A stretch of 64,000 nucleotides of DNA, taken from Yuukianura sp. NJ FZ-2021 (taxonomy: Eukaryota). The translations under genes and the position numbers were made by a program. This document shows positions 41,208-53,655 of the stretch, piece after piece. The notes under the pieces were generated by a model that worked only from the letters and a program-made list of their open reading frames with translations, did not search any database and was not told where the DNA came from. The stretch lies in NCBI GenBank assembly GCA_046563655.1, contig CM102290.1:8122001-8186000 (forward strand), written 5' to 3'. Position 1 is the first letter of the stretch; each line of letters starts with the position of its first letter.

Positions 41208-44200
41208 ATGGAGGTAGACGATCCAACTGGAACCGATTTTAATACCTCCGCCATTGTTTCAGACCGGTCTCCGGAAGCAAAGAGAACCAAGCTGGGTAAG
41301 TTTGCTGAAAATTTGCCGTTAAGTCTTACCAGTTTTCAATTCTAAAAATTTTCGAAAATCATAAACTGTTAAAGCATAAAATCGCAAATCTTGAAGACTC
41401 TCATCTCTTTCGATTTGAAAAGAAAACTCCCCGATAATCCGGGGCCCGGATTCCGGGCGTTAACCTCCGAACTCTGTAAATTACGGACCCGAATTCACTG
41501 TACTAGTATTGTAATTGAATTGAATATTCAGTCACTAGTAAGGAAACGGCGTAATTCAGGAACCACTATTTAGCTAACTCGCCGACTCGAAAGTTGACGT
41601 CCTTTTGACATTGTTTGCCCTATTGATTGGCAGTAGCGAACGATCTGGAAAATTCTATCGCAAGTTTATAAATAAAAAATCTGGAAAAGAAAATTGCCTT
41701 AATACGTCTTTCCGAGACAAAAGCCTAACAATTCAGCCTAAAATTTTGAATAGAGTTTGGTAACGTGAGTAATGGCCGAATGGAGTGGGAGAAAGTTGGG
41801 CGGATGGAATGGGTATTGAAGGGAGGCGGCACGCCCATAAACTCATCCAATTGTTTACTTCGCTTTTGCAATCAATCGCCCAACCCTAGTATTCCTCGTA
41901 ATTTTTTCAAAATTTGAAAAGGTCAAATTATGAAAAAGAAAGCGACTTTGAAGAAAATTTGTCCAAATTATATAGATTTCCATTAAAACTCTATTCAACA
42001 TTCATTTTATCATTCCAGTTCGGGGTTCTTATTAGTTTTTTCTGGACTTTGTTATTAAAACCTTCGGTAAAAATCAGACATTATTATGCTGCGAGGCCAA
42101 GGTCACTCAGAGACGTCATTTTCCAGCAGCTCGTGCTGGATTGTTAGGTCGTAGAAAAAGTTTAGCCAGCTTGGCGATAAGTCAAAAACGTCCCATTAGC
42201 TGTTGAGTCCAAGTGTCAAGACATAATTATTGCTAGCGAAACGCAAACGTCACTCGGTAGTTTCTGGAACAAAAACTGCATAACAACTCGCTTTCCCTGT
42301 GCAATTTTGCCAAAATGTCCCTCTTTGTTGTTTTCTTTTTCTGACAGTTCCGGTGAAATGTTGAATAAATAATTGCATAAGGAGGCAGGGGCAGAGTACA
42401 TTTAGTCAATATCACTTAAGTCCTTGCCACCATGGAAATTCTACGCTGGAATAGCCCAAACTATGTCCAGCCAACATTCAGTTGTCTTTCGCCTTTCAAC
42501 AGTAACTGGTTGGCATTGGAATCGCTCCGAAAAAGTCTTGTTCTGGAAGTTACAGCAAAAGGAAAGTAATACTTGTGCATAGGGCGCGCCCTCATCAAAA
42601 GGTGTTACGGTCACGGAACTCCAAATTCCCAGTAGATTACTCCATTGTTTCTAGAACAACATTTCCTAATACATATGTTACGTGCTGTTATAGACACATC
42701 AAACGATGAGCTGCGATATTAATTGAAACTTGCAGCTTGTTAGTGTCAGGGGTTATAACATTCCAACTTATCCAATTTCCCGCCCAGTTTTTTGTCTGGA
42801 CAAACAGCATACGGACAAACCCACCTTTTTTTTAACTGGTTCATTGACTAGTTGTGTCGTGTCGATGGTGGTGCGTGGCAGAAGATGGGCGCTGTTCAGG
42901 GCTGTGTGAGTCGCAAAAGTAGTGACATTACTCAGAGTCAAACGATGCCAACTAGTGGCGCCTTTGCAATGGACTATGGACAACCCCAATTTACTCGGAC
43001 GGACAGTAGCAGAAACGTCACAAGTAAAGCTAGTTCAGTCGCCATGTTTATGGACAACTTCACTCTGCAGCGCGGACCCCAACGAGTTGGTCCAGTAGAG
43101 TCACTAGGCCTTACTGAGACAACTACTAAAATCTCAGGGGCCAATGCTGTAGCGAAAGACGACAATAGTAGTAGCACTATCTGGACCTGGAACTAAATTA
43201 CTAATACTGTTTATTCCAAAATCTTGTCGCTTTTCCAAAAGAAAAAAAAACTTACATTTTTTCAAAAATTTGGAAGCATCCAGGTCCTTTTTTAGTACAG
43301 AACCTTTTGTTTTCCAAAACTTGGAGTTTTTCTTCACTTCCAGCGTAGTAAGAGTAGCGTGCAGAAGCGTCATTCGTGAATTGAGTCATTTTTTGAAAGG
43401 CGACTTTTTGGAAAGGTCAAAGGTCAGAGGCATTTATAAAGTCGAATCGCTTCCACAACCCGCAACTATTTATCGTAATTTCAATTCCCTTGGTTCGTAA
43501 GTTGACAATTTGAAATTTTGAATTTCATTGTTTGTAAACTTTCTAAAGTGTGCCCAAACGTTTTCCGGTCGTGTTTGTTGCAACTGCATTTCGTGTTTTC
43601 CCTAAGTAACTAGTTACTCCTTATAGTTTACATGCAAAATATTGTTCCAGTTTGGATTTGAATAAGCGATTGGTATTGATTTCCTATAAAACTCCTCGTT
43701 GTTTTCCCATATTTTTGTCTATTATGCATCCCGTATTGTCGTAATTAGAAATTCATATCTGCCTTGTGCCGTCAATCTCCATTTGCTTTGACTACAAATT
43801 AGTAGTAACATACGAAGCCATCAGATTGACTTTTTATTTTGTTCCAGAAGGATCCAGTGCTGCCAACGGTGGACCCCTACTACTGTCCGTGTCACTTCAA
43901 CAGTCAAAGAAAGTCATTGACGACGGGAATCCAAGCGATCGTGAAGGAGTCATTGACTTTGGTTCTGGAACAACATTTGCTGAGTACACGGATCTAGCAC
44001 AAGTAAACATGGCCATTCCACAAGTTAAGATTCAAAAACCAGCACCTTTCTTCAAAGGTAATCGACAACCAATAACTGTTTAAGTAAATTGAGGTTCTAT
44101 CGATTACCGAATTAGTATTGATCCAGTTTCCCCCTAACTATTGTTCTTTTCTTCTGAATTATTCAAAGGAACTGCCGTGGTTGATGGTGTTTTCAAAGAC

Positions 44201-45165
44201 ATTTCCCTGGATGACTATAAAGGGAAATACGTTGTGTTGTTCTTCTACCCGGCGGACTTGTAAGAATGGTTACGATTTCAGCTAATGCAATTAATTAGTT
44301 TGTGTAAATGCATCTTTGGTTTATACTTTGTTTTCCTGCAGCACATTTGTATGTCCAACGGAAATCATTGCATTTTCTGATCGAGCCGAAGACTTTCGGA
44401 AAATAGACTGCGAAGTGATCGCTGCTTCCACTGATTCGCACTTTTCTCACTTTGCTTGGTGAGACGACCAATACAGATAATAGTTTACATGCCAATTAGT
44501 TTTAGACTTTATTAACGTTAGTTAAGGTTTTGTGAAAAAGTGAAAGTAAATAGTTTTACAATCTTTCAGGGTAAACACACCACGAAACACTGGCGGACTT
44601 GGGAAAATGGACATTCCACTACTGGCTGACAAAACTGGAGAAATCGCTCGGAAGTATGGGATCTACAAGGTGATCAAAAATTTGCACACACACAAATGTA
44701 AAATTCAGTTAAATGTGAGTTAAGATCTAAAGTTGTTATTTGAATGTTTTAGGAAGATGAAGGAATTGCGTTCCGTGGATTGTTCATTATTGGTAACCTC
44801 AACTTGATTAAACTTCTAACTTTCATGTTCTTAAACAATGTTTCCCGATTAATGGTTAGATGGGAAACAAAATCTGAGACAAGTTACTGTAAACGACCTG
44901 CCGGTCGGACGGAGTGTCGATGAAACGCTGCGCCTCGTTCAGGCATTCCAATTTACCGATGCCAACGGCGAAGGTGCGAATTTTTTTTTACCAAAACGAA
45001 ACTATCCAGTTTTGTTGACATTTCGTAAAACCTGATTTAAAAAAAATGGGCTTTACTGTAGTTTGTCCAGCCAATTGGAAGCCGGGAAAGAAGACTATGA
45101 AACCAACCATGGAGGATAGCAAAACGTTCTTCAAAAATGGGGAGGAGAAAGTTGAGGTCAAATAA
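41208..45165 (+). CDS. Prx: Typical 2-Cys peroxiredoxin with long N-terminal extension (core starts at [17 protein letters not shown], ~44009)
   Basis: [62 protein letters not shown] and [11 protein letters not shown]. Exon 41208-41295 joins 43848 in frame (phase 1); this first exon is less certain than the core. Confidence 0.93.
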
Positions 45166-45673
45166 GGCAATGACTTGACCTGGTACAGCTTAAAAGATGA
45201 AGACACAACAGTATCCCCTAACGTATTTTCACTCTGAGTATGAAGCGTATAAGATGTTAGCTTTACCCTAGCCTCTACTTAATTGTAATTAATAATACTA
45301 CTACATTCAATTAACTGGCTAAATGAGAGTTTCACATGATTCTCAGCTCCTTACCAGTTAAATCCAAACAGATTCTCCTCCAGCCGTATAGCACTAACGT
45401 AAGTAAAGTTACAAATAAATTCAAAGTCTGCAATTTAAACTCAACGATTATTCAACCTGCGACCTTTTTCTTTTATAATAACACTGATAATTTGGAAAAC
45501 TAATACAAAGGAGATTGCCTATTCTGACAAAATAAATTGTATGGACTGACAATGATGTAAATACTAGTAAAATTATAGTACTGTGTTGAAATAAGATGTT
45601 GATTGATGAAAAACGCTGTGCCTGTGCAGATTTTTGAAATGAATGCGTTGACTTTTGTAGTTAGATGGTGTGT

Positions 45674-48600
45674 TCAATTGTTGATGCGAAATGGGCCATT
45701 TGTGCGCAACTCCTGCCGTGACTGGTTGATCTCATCTGGCAACGACGGACAATCCGGAATGTCAAAGACACGAGGATCAGAGTTCATAAGTTCTTTGTTC
45801 TTAGTAGTGACCTTAGTCCGGTGGATCCCCAGAGCCAATGGCGTAAGAGTTTCATACAGATTTGCCTTGCTTTTCACTGTCTTCTTCTCTTTTTCCAAGA
45901 TTTTCAAGTAAGGACACATTTCAATTTTCTCGAGCAAGGGAACACGAATGTTTTCTTCACCTCCCCAAACCTCGAAGATTCTAAATAAAACAATGAATTC
46001 CAATTCAGAGCTAGTACTAACTACCCCCTACAGAATGTTAAGCCCACTTACACTTGAATCAGAGCGCAACCTTGTGGTGACTCCAGCCAGTCTTCCATCA
46101 CGTCCTTCGTAAAACTGTCCACGAGTGTTTTTGCAAATTTCATGCATCCTTCAATTGGAAGTTAAGACAATCATTATTAATCAAATTACTTTAATTCATT
46201 TTTGGAAGAGTCACATTCAGATGCATCAATTATTGATGCTCTAGGATAGGTCTTATTGATAGGACTTACGTTCTTCCATGATCTCTGGCATAATGCCGCG
46301 TGGAGCGTCAAATGCGCCAAGAAATTCTCGGTTGACGACGTCAACTTTTCCCATATGACCAATCAGCCTTTTGACCATCGAAAACGTTCCCCCATTTTGA
46401 ATAGTCATGAACGTCTTTTGTTCAGTTATTTGTTTCACAATTGCGTTGGCGGCAAGCGAAACTTTGGGACCTAAGTATAATTTTATATAAAGTTTAAAAA
46501 GGGAAAACTTGAAAAGCAAAACCACAATTAGGTAACGACGAAATTGACTTACCACGGCAATGTAGCATGATGTGAGCCACGACGGCAGATTGCTGGCTGT
46601 GCTTCACCCATGCACCGGCATGCTCTGCAATTGCTGTCAATAGGTCGTCATTAGCCGCATCAAGCAACTCCCTTCGACGTGTTGTCATGTCCTTCTTGCT
46701 GTGAGAAAATGTGAATGTCAACGTTAAGAATTTATGAATAAATCCAATTCCACCAACAACTAATCAAAACTTGACTTAAACTCTACATATCTCCATACCT
46801 GTGACGATTATTATCTCCTTTGCCCAACAAACTAATCATTTCCGGGGAAAAGTCAGTTGGGTGACGAGGAACGACGAGGTATCTGATGATTTTTCGTCCA
46901 TAGACGGAACCCATTACCAAAGCAATATTTCGCACCAATTCCTTGATGATTACCTATAATTTGGAATAACATAAGAAAACAACTTTTCAAGGAAATTGTC
47001 CACAAATGATCAACATCGTGACCGTCACTCAATATCGCAGAAATCAATTTACGTACTCTTGACGCGAGCATAGTATCATCCAGACTGTCCAAGATTGCTA
47101 GCAGAAGAAGATGTCCAAATTGCTGATTAGCAACATTCGTTACTTGCCCTTTTAGGCCTTTCAAAACCGTCTTCCTAACCTGCAATGAAAAAGGTAAAAA
47201 CAAACGGACATTACGTGAGTTCAATATTCCTGAAATTGAAAATGCTGAATCGCTGGTACTACTACTAACAAATGTGCTCCATGGTTACCTTTGTGCCGCT
47301 GTTCCAGAAAAAGTTCATCACGAACACCGTGCCGCACTTCGTGGAAAGGAAGTCTAGGAATTTCTCTGCGAGATTTAATTCTTCATAAATCTTTTGCACT
47401 TGAGGATTCGAAAGAAGTGAGCAGTATTGGGTCAAAAAGAAATGAACCATGTGATATTTGAGAGACGCAGGATTGTCATCGGCACTGTGAAAAACAATTC
47501 AAAGCCAAAACATTAACTAAGCAACAATTGAGGTTGATTCTGTAGAGTGATACACTTAGAGTATTTAAAACATAATGATAATAATATTACCGCTGGAACA
47601 TGTCTTTGTAGACATAATGAAAGTTGGCTGTCATTTCCCGTAGAACGAGCGGGGAAAATCTTCCCCATTCCACGGCTGTTCGAACAGGTCGCACGTTCGA
47701 GAATTGGTAGGAAGGAATGGCATAATCACCCCCAAAAATGATTGACAAACATTTGAGTCTGTGCTGTTCAGTGTTGACGAGCTGGAAGATGGCTTCTGCG
47801 ACGTCACGACTGCGAGGGTGCGCCATCATCACGGGAAACCATGGTCGAAATGCATTTATGATGGTCTTCTTCTGCTCAGGGTTAGCATGAAGTACAGCCT
47901 TTTGCACGGCATGGCAAGAGTATTTGCTCCAAGTCAGATGGTGTGCATGACTGAAAACGATAACAAAGAGTTACCAAATACACTGCGTATTCATTAAGTC
48001 GTAGCAGTTAACGAAACGTAAGAAGTGTATTTTTTTAGTCCAGGGATATGGACCACTAACCTGCAAACATATAGAACAGCGTCTCTCATTACAGCGGTGC
48101 CTTTAACCATCAAAGTTTCAATCACACGAGACATGTCGTGGGTCCGCAATAACTATCAAAACGAGTAACAACTTGTTAATCATTAGGACAATAATTTCTG
48201 TCTGTATTTGCATTATTTCCAAATAAGAAGGTAACTAATAACTAGATATTTACCTCAGGAATATTATCTTTGATGAGATCAAACAAGGCTTCTGACAATT
48301 GTCGCTGTCTATCAGTTGGACAATCCTTTCGACGTAGATCTTCCCAAATGCTCTTCGCTTCCCGTTCCATGTTGTAAAGAACGTTTCCTTTCTCTTGAAG
48401 TTTTCTCCTCTCCTTCAAGAACTTCTTTACTTGCTTCACTTCACTCCATCTTGCTTGTGCGGTTAACTCTGTCTCCACTCGAGCAACTAGAATTATTGTA
48501 AAGAGATGTAACTGGAATTAGGATGAGAATGCCAAGATAAGGAGGAAGCTGGACAGAATCTATTTAACATATGCGTATTCCAGGTTGCAATTTGCAGCAT

Positions 48601-49307
48601 CTAATAAAACTATTTGAGGAGTCACTAATTCACGACTTGCCTTTCATTGGGGTTGGTTCAGAAGCGTCACTGTCAACTTCGGGTTCAGGCGATGTTGCCA
48701 AAAGTGGTGATGGTAATGGCATTGGCGACGCTGGAAGTACTCTACCAGGCGTTGTTTGCCGTAATCGCAATTCAAAAATCCTCTCCTCTGCAGGAGGAGA
48801 ATTTAGAGAATCGGCGGCAGCTGCTGGTGGTGTTACAGCCAATCTTCTCGGCGGAGTCTGGACACCAGCGGCAGCAGCTCCATGTGGTGCCATAGGAAAT
48901 CTCGGTGGTGTCCTGTAGGCAGCAGCAGCTCCACGCGGTGACACAGCAAATCTCGGCGGAGTCCTGAAGGCAGCAGCCGAAGCTGCTCGAGCCGCGATTG
49001 GAGATCTTCTTGGCGGAGTCCTCCCGTCAGCAGCAGCAGGAGCTGCCACCGGCAATCTTCTTGATGGAGTCCTACCGGAAGAAACGGCAGGTGATGCCAA
49101 TGCCAATACCCTCTGAGGAGTTCTGTTGTTGCGATTACTCGGCGTAAGAATTCTAGCTTTAGCTGCGTTCACCCTTTGCGCCAGTGCGTCCAAGTTCGGA
49201 AGCTCTCGAGGATCTAAATTATTAACATACCCAATATTATTTCGAAAACAACATATACTGTCGGGAATACTATATAAAAAGTAAAACAGGAACTTACCGG
49301 GATCCAT
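45674..49307 (-). CDS. PUM3: Pumilio homolog 3 / Puf-A / penguin (divergent, with repetitive N-terminal extension)
   Basis: AKSIWEDLRRKDC, THDMSRVIE, SKYSCHAVQK, RKTVLKGLKGQV..FGHLLLLAILDSLDDT and SKKDMTTRRRELL match PUM3/Puf6. First exon ATGGATCCCG|gtaagt at 49307-49298. Confidence 0.82.
48820..49125 (-). repeat. Coding minisatellite (~51 bp / ~17 aa) encoding RTPPR repeats
   Basis: Plus strand aatct(t)ctYggYggagtc..gcagcagc recurs at about 48841, 48898, 48949, 49004 and 49054. Confidence 0.8.
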
Positions 49308-49687
49308 TTTTTCTAGTATGCAATCAGAATGGAAATTTACGTGAATTGGTAATTGACGATCAGTGACGAGGACAGTTATCAACTTCTTCCCTCGTATTCA
49401 GAGGAAGTAAAGGCTACCCCTAGACGTCCAACGATTGAATTAGAAGTTTTGCCACTTCAATTAACTAATTACTAACTTAACTATTTTTCTAACAGTGACG
49501 AAAAGGAAATGAAAAATAAGAAGACCCGCATCGGTGAAGACGACGAGGCCGAAACGAGAAATAAAATTGGTTGACATAAGCTTTAGGGCGCCTAAATGTG
49601 CCATTGGTTATCATCAAATTGTACTTAAATGCAGCGTGGGAATTGGGAAATTCAAAGTTATCTCTTTGTTAGCATTGATTACGTATA

Positions 49688-49875
49688 AACCTAAGTTGGA
49701 GGTACAATGAAATTTTAGAATTTTTGAATTTAGGGTTGGGACACCGTAAGGCAGTACCTAACCAAAACTAAACTGGGGGCGCCTTAAAATTTTAGAATTT
49801 ATAAATTTGGGGGTTGGGGTACCTAACCAAAACTAACCTGGAGGTGTAGGGGTATAATGAAGCTTTAGAATTTTC
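49688..49875. repeat. Degenerate ~60-bp tandem repeat upstream of PUM3
   Basis: tttagaattt recurs three times; gtacctaaccaaaactaa and gggttggg recur twice. Confidence 0.55.
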
Positions 49876-50359
49876 GAGATTCGCGTTTGGACTGCAGTAA
49901 GTTAATTGAGTAGTACAATTTACTCACCATCAAGCTTACGTCAACCCTCAAATCATCAGTTGGAGAAAAAAAAACTTTTCCACTGACTGGCCGCCGTGCC
50001 GTTCTTATACGAGGAAAAAAAATTCAAATTTCGCGGCGCAAAGCAGACTCCAGAGAAATGAGCCCCTTTTTTCTGCTCACAGATGGCAGCACTACATCCG
50101 TCCTTATGATAACGGCGTCCACTTTTCACCTTATCATGTCTTAAGTTAATTACATTTAATAACAATTAAATTAAGTTAAACAACCTCATTTCCCAATGTT
50201 GTTAATTATTAGTCTAAAGTCACTCTGAGTTGAGTTAACTGAATCATATATTGCGCATTTAATTAGTATTACAGTATTGTGTAATGGTTCAATTATGTAA
50301 AATATATGAATTGGACGCCCAGTGGAAAAACAGAATTCAAATTCAATTCAACTTCACAG

Positions 50360-52698
50360 TTAACGCACTCTTCGAAGTTGAGGGGACGTGACTAAGCAGC
50401 GATTTCCGTTAAATGTTGGTTCTTCCCTCTTCGGTCGCTGAGGATTCAGCATATTAGCGATTTTTAGTTGACAAGACTCCATAAAGCGCTTCACGTCCTA
50501 AATTAGTTCAAGATAGACACCACGAATTAGGTAAAATTTTAAGATAAGAAAAAGGTGAGAAAGAAAATCTAACCTTGACAGTCGTTCTTAGGGAATTGAC
50601 GGCCACATCTAATGGTTGCGGAATTGTATTTATTGAAAACAGCGTTGTCTCTTGGACAAAAGCACAAGGAATGGTGCATCTTGGACTAGCCAGCCTCCAT
50701 TGCAAATTTTGTATAGCCACAAAATTCATGAGTTGGACTTCAGCGTCAAGGCCTTGTTCCTGGAAATGAAAAGTTTCCTTTCAATAACAAAAAACATACT
50801 GAATGTATAAAATAAACGCTCAAAGACTCACTGAAACTGAAGTCCAGAGTCGAACTCCGATTATATTAATCTCTGCGTCGGCAATGTATAATGTAAGTCC
50901 CGCATTCGGAACAGTAGTCATTTGAACTATAATTCCAACAGTATCAAATTCTCCAAACGAAGGTGAGAAGTCGTCAGCCAGTACGACAGACAATGGAGAG
51001 TACTTTCGGTGCAATCTTTGTAAATGTGCTTTGGTTTGTTGCGACATTGCCAGGGGTTCGAATCGAGTAGCCGCTGAAGAATTTAATCGCAAGTCCAATG
51101 AATTCACAGTTGGATTTAGAGAGGAGATTCCGAATGCAGCACATTCGCGTAGATTATGCGATAAGTCGTCGTGTGGTTTCCAAATTGAGAGCAAGACATT
51201 TCGCGGTGTTGAACTTTGGAAATTATCCTTGGCATCCATAATACGAATCTTTCCAAGTTCAAATCAAAAAGACATAATTTTTTTTTACTGCCAAAGAGTA
51301 AAAACTTTCAGTGAACCAATCAGTGAAAACTTTCAAATACCTTTAGCAATGGCGTCGGATCAGTTTTCTGCAATAAATCCAGTTTGCTATTGAAAATAGA
51401 CTGAATTTTTAAATTGATTTGTTCCAGTTCTTTCAATTTCGCATCTTGCAGTTGATTTATTTTATGTTCAGACAGCAGATCCTGCAAAAATATAAAAATC
51501 CAAAAGTCATTTAATTGCTACGAATAACGAATGAAGAAAAAGTTCATTATGATGTTGGTTAGAACGAACGTCACAGTACAATGATTTTTTCAGAATGATA
51601 AAACTACGAACGGTGACAAATTACCCAGACAAAAGAGTCTTCCCCAAGAGACCGAACAAGATTTAACAGGTCTTCGAGTGGCATTTCTTCCAAAGCTTCT
51701 TTGTTCAGCGTTCTATTAAATGGCATGACTTTACTTTGGTTGGTTAGCTCACTCGCTTCTACTTCCGCCTTCGCTTCAGCATACAATGTCTCCATTTTTG
51801 AACACCGAATTTCTTGCCGTCGTTGCTCATGCTTTTTAAATGACTTCTCACTCTCGAAAACTGAGAAATAGGAAATACTAGCACAGTTATGTTATGCCCA
51901 GTTTTTCCAACGAACGATTTTAGTTTAAGTTGTTGATTACTTACCGTTTCTTCCTTGATCATTCTTGCTCATGAAGGTGATTGGATATATACGCAAAATT
52001 ATGGCATGAACAAGAGGAATCTTGCCACCGGACTGACTAATATGAAGCAAAGGAATTGGATTTGAATCTCCGAAAATGGAATTCCGGTTTCCTTCATCCT
52101 CTTCTTCGTCTGCCAAAAGAGCGAAAGTACTGTCCAATACTTCTTGTTGGATAGATTCATTCTGACTTTCATCCTTCTGTGATTGCATTTCCTGGTCTTC
52201 TTCTTCTTCCTCTTCCAGTTTGAGCTTCTTCTCCGCCGGTGGAATGACTACCTGATCATCGTCATCCTCATCTGAATCATCAGCAATCTCATGAAAAAGC
52301 TTCTTCACTCCTTGTCCTGATTGAACGGTTTTAGCTGGAGGCGGAAACCCAATACTTGGAGTGGATGTTGTAGGGTATGAACTATACCGGCCATGCCGTG
52401 GTGTATTGATGAGTGACTGCGGGTTCGCATCACCTGATTCGGTGTTGGAATGGGAGACTGATTCGGGTTCATCAAAGGATGTTGACGTGGCACCATTGCT
52501 ATCGTCTGATGGAAGTGTAGCGGATTTCGACTGACGAACTGAAAAAGAAGCTGCCGGAGCGTTTTTGATTGAACAATTTGAAGCTTCTGTTATTGGTTTT
52601 GGATCAGTTTCAATATTCTCGAAAAGCTTCTTTGCCTTCAGCAAGGCTTTGTCGGATACTTGAACATTTTTTCCACTGGCAGTTTGGAACCCCACCAT
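50360..52698 (-). CDS. BRCA2: Compact BRCA2 homolog (one BRC repeat + OB2/tower + OB3), about 625 aa, 6 coding exons
   Basis: BRC repeat GFQTASGKNVQVSDKALLKAKKLFENIE; OB2 start PIPLLHISQSGGKIPLVHAIILRIYPITFM; tower FESEKSFKKHEQRRQE..METLYAE; VLLSIWKPHDDL; OB3 FSPSFGEFDTVGIIV..LYIAD. Confidence 0.9.
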
Positions 52699-53655
52699 AA
52701 TTGTTTTAGCGGGTACTTAGGTAACGGTTCAGTTGTGGACCGTTGGACCGAAGATACCTTGATTCTACCGTCGTCACGTCGACTTGCAAACGCAAGCGCT
52801 GTCGACCGGCACTACGTTTCAAGAACGTAAATAGCAGAATGATGCAGTAACTTAAAAACCTGAAAGAAATGTAAGAATGACAGACAAGAAATCAGTCAAA
52901 TGTAAAATCGCTAGTTACATTGTCCATAAATACTTTCAATTGATTTACCAAATCCACTGCTGAACAACTGGTACTAGGCATCAACAGTCATCTCATCGCA
53001 GAAATCGATAGAAACAAAGACAAACACGTAAAGAACGCAGCAACAACAAAATGAAACACAATTCAATTAGGAAAAAAAACGAGGAGGCCTTTGGTAATTC
53101 TTTCTTTATCAATTCAATTCAATTGATCATTGGTTTTGACGTAGGAGTTCAAAAATATCCCGCCTTCCCAGTCGCGCCAAGAAGCGCGCGAATTGCTTTT
53201 CGAAATTATTTGCCAATTTTTTGGATAAAAATAAAGGGGCTTCGCTAAAGGTCGGATGTCTTCAAATTTACATGAGGGGTGCATGCTGTCAATCTTGCGA
53301 GTCGCAAGTTGCGACACTTTACTAGAAAAGATGTTTAGTAAAAACGTTACGACACCTAACCATTGAAATATAACTTCAAATTCCTAGATTCACGAGCGAC
53401 TGCTCTTATGTTACTAATTTTTAAGACTCTGATGAGTTCGAGCTAAGCAATGTTACAAATGCGAGGAATTCGATGTGACAGTATGTGGTACATTATATGC
53501 GCCCATCATACTAGATCCGAGGAATCCGAAATCCGACGTTTAGCAGACCCCAAGTAAAGTCAAAATTGTTAAACTTTCGAATTGATTTGATAATCATTCA
53601 CATTACGATTTAGCAAACAACCTTACCTTACCTATCGTTAAAAACTAATTGATTG

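Noticed and set aside
52915..52975. LFSSGFGKSIE, a BRC-like string upstream of BRCA2
   Set aside because: Bounded by in-frame stops, and no splice combination I tried links it to the BRCA2 frame; TAA lies just upstream of ATG 52698.
53114..53317. 67-aa minus-strand ORF between BRCA2 and ARP6
   Set aside because: GTG start, no motif, and it lies in the probable shared promoter.
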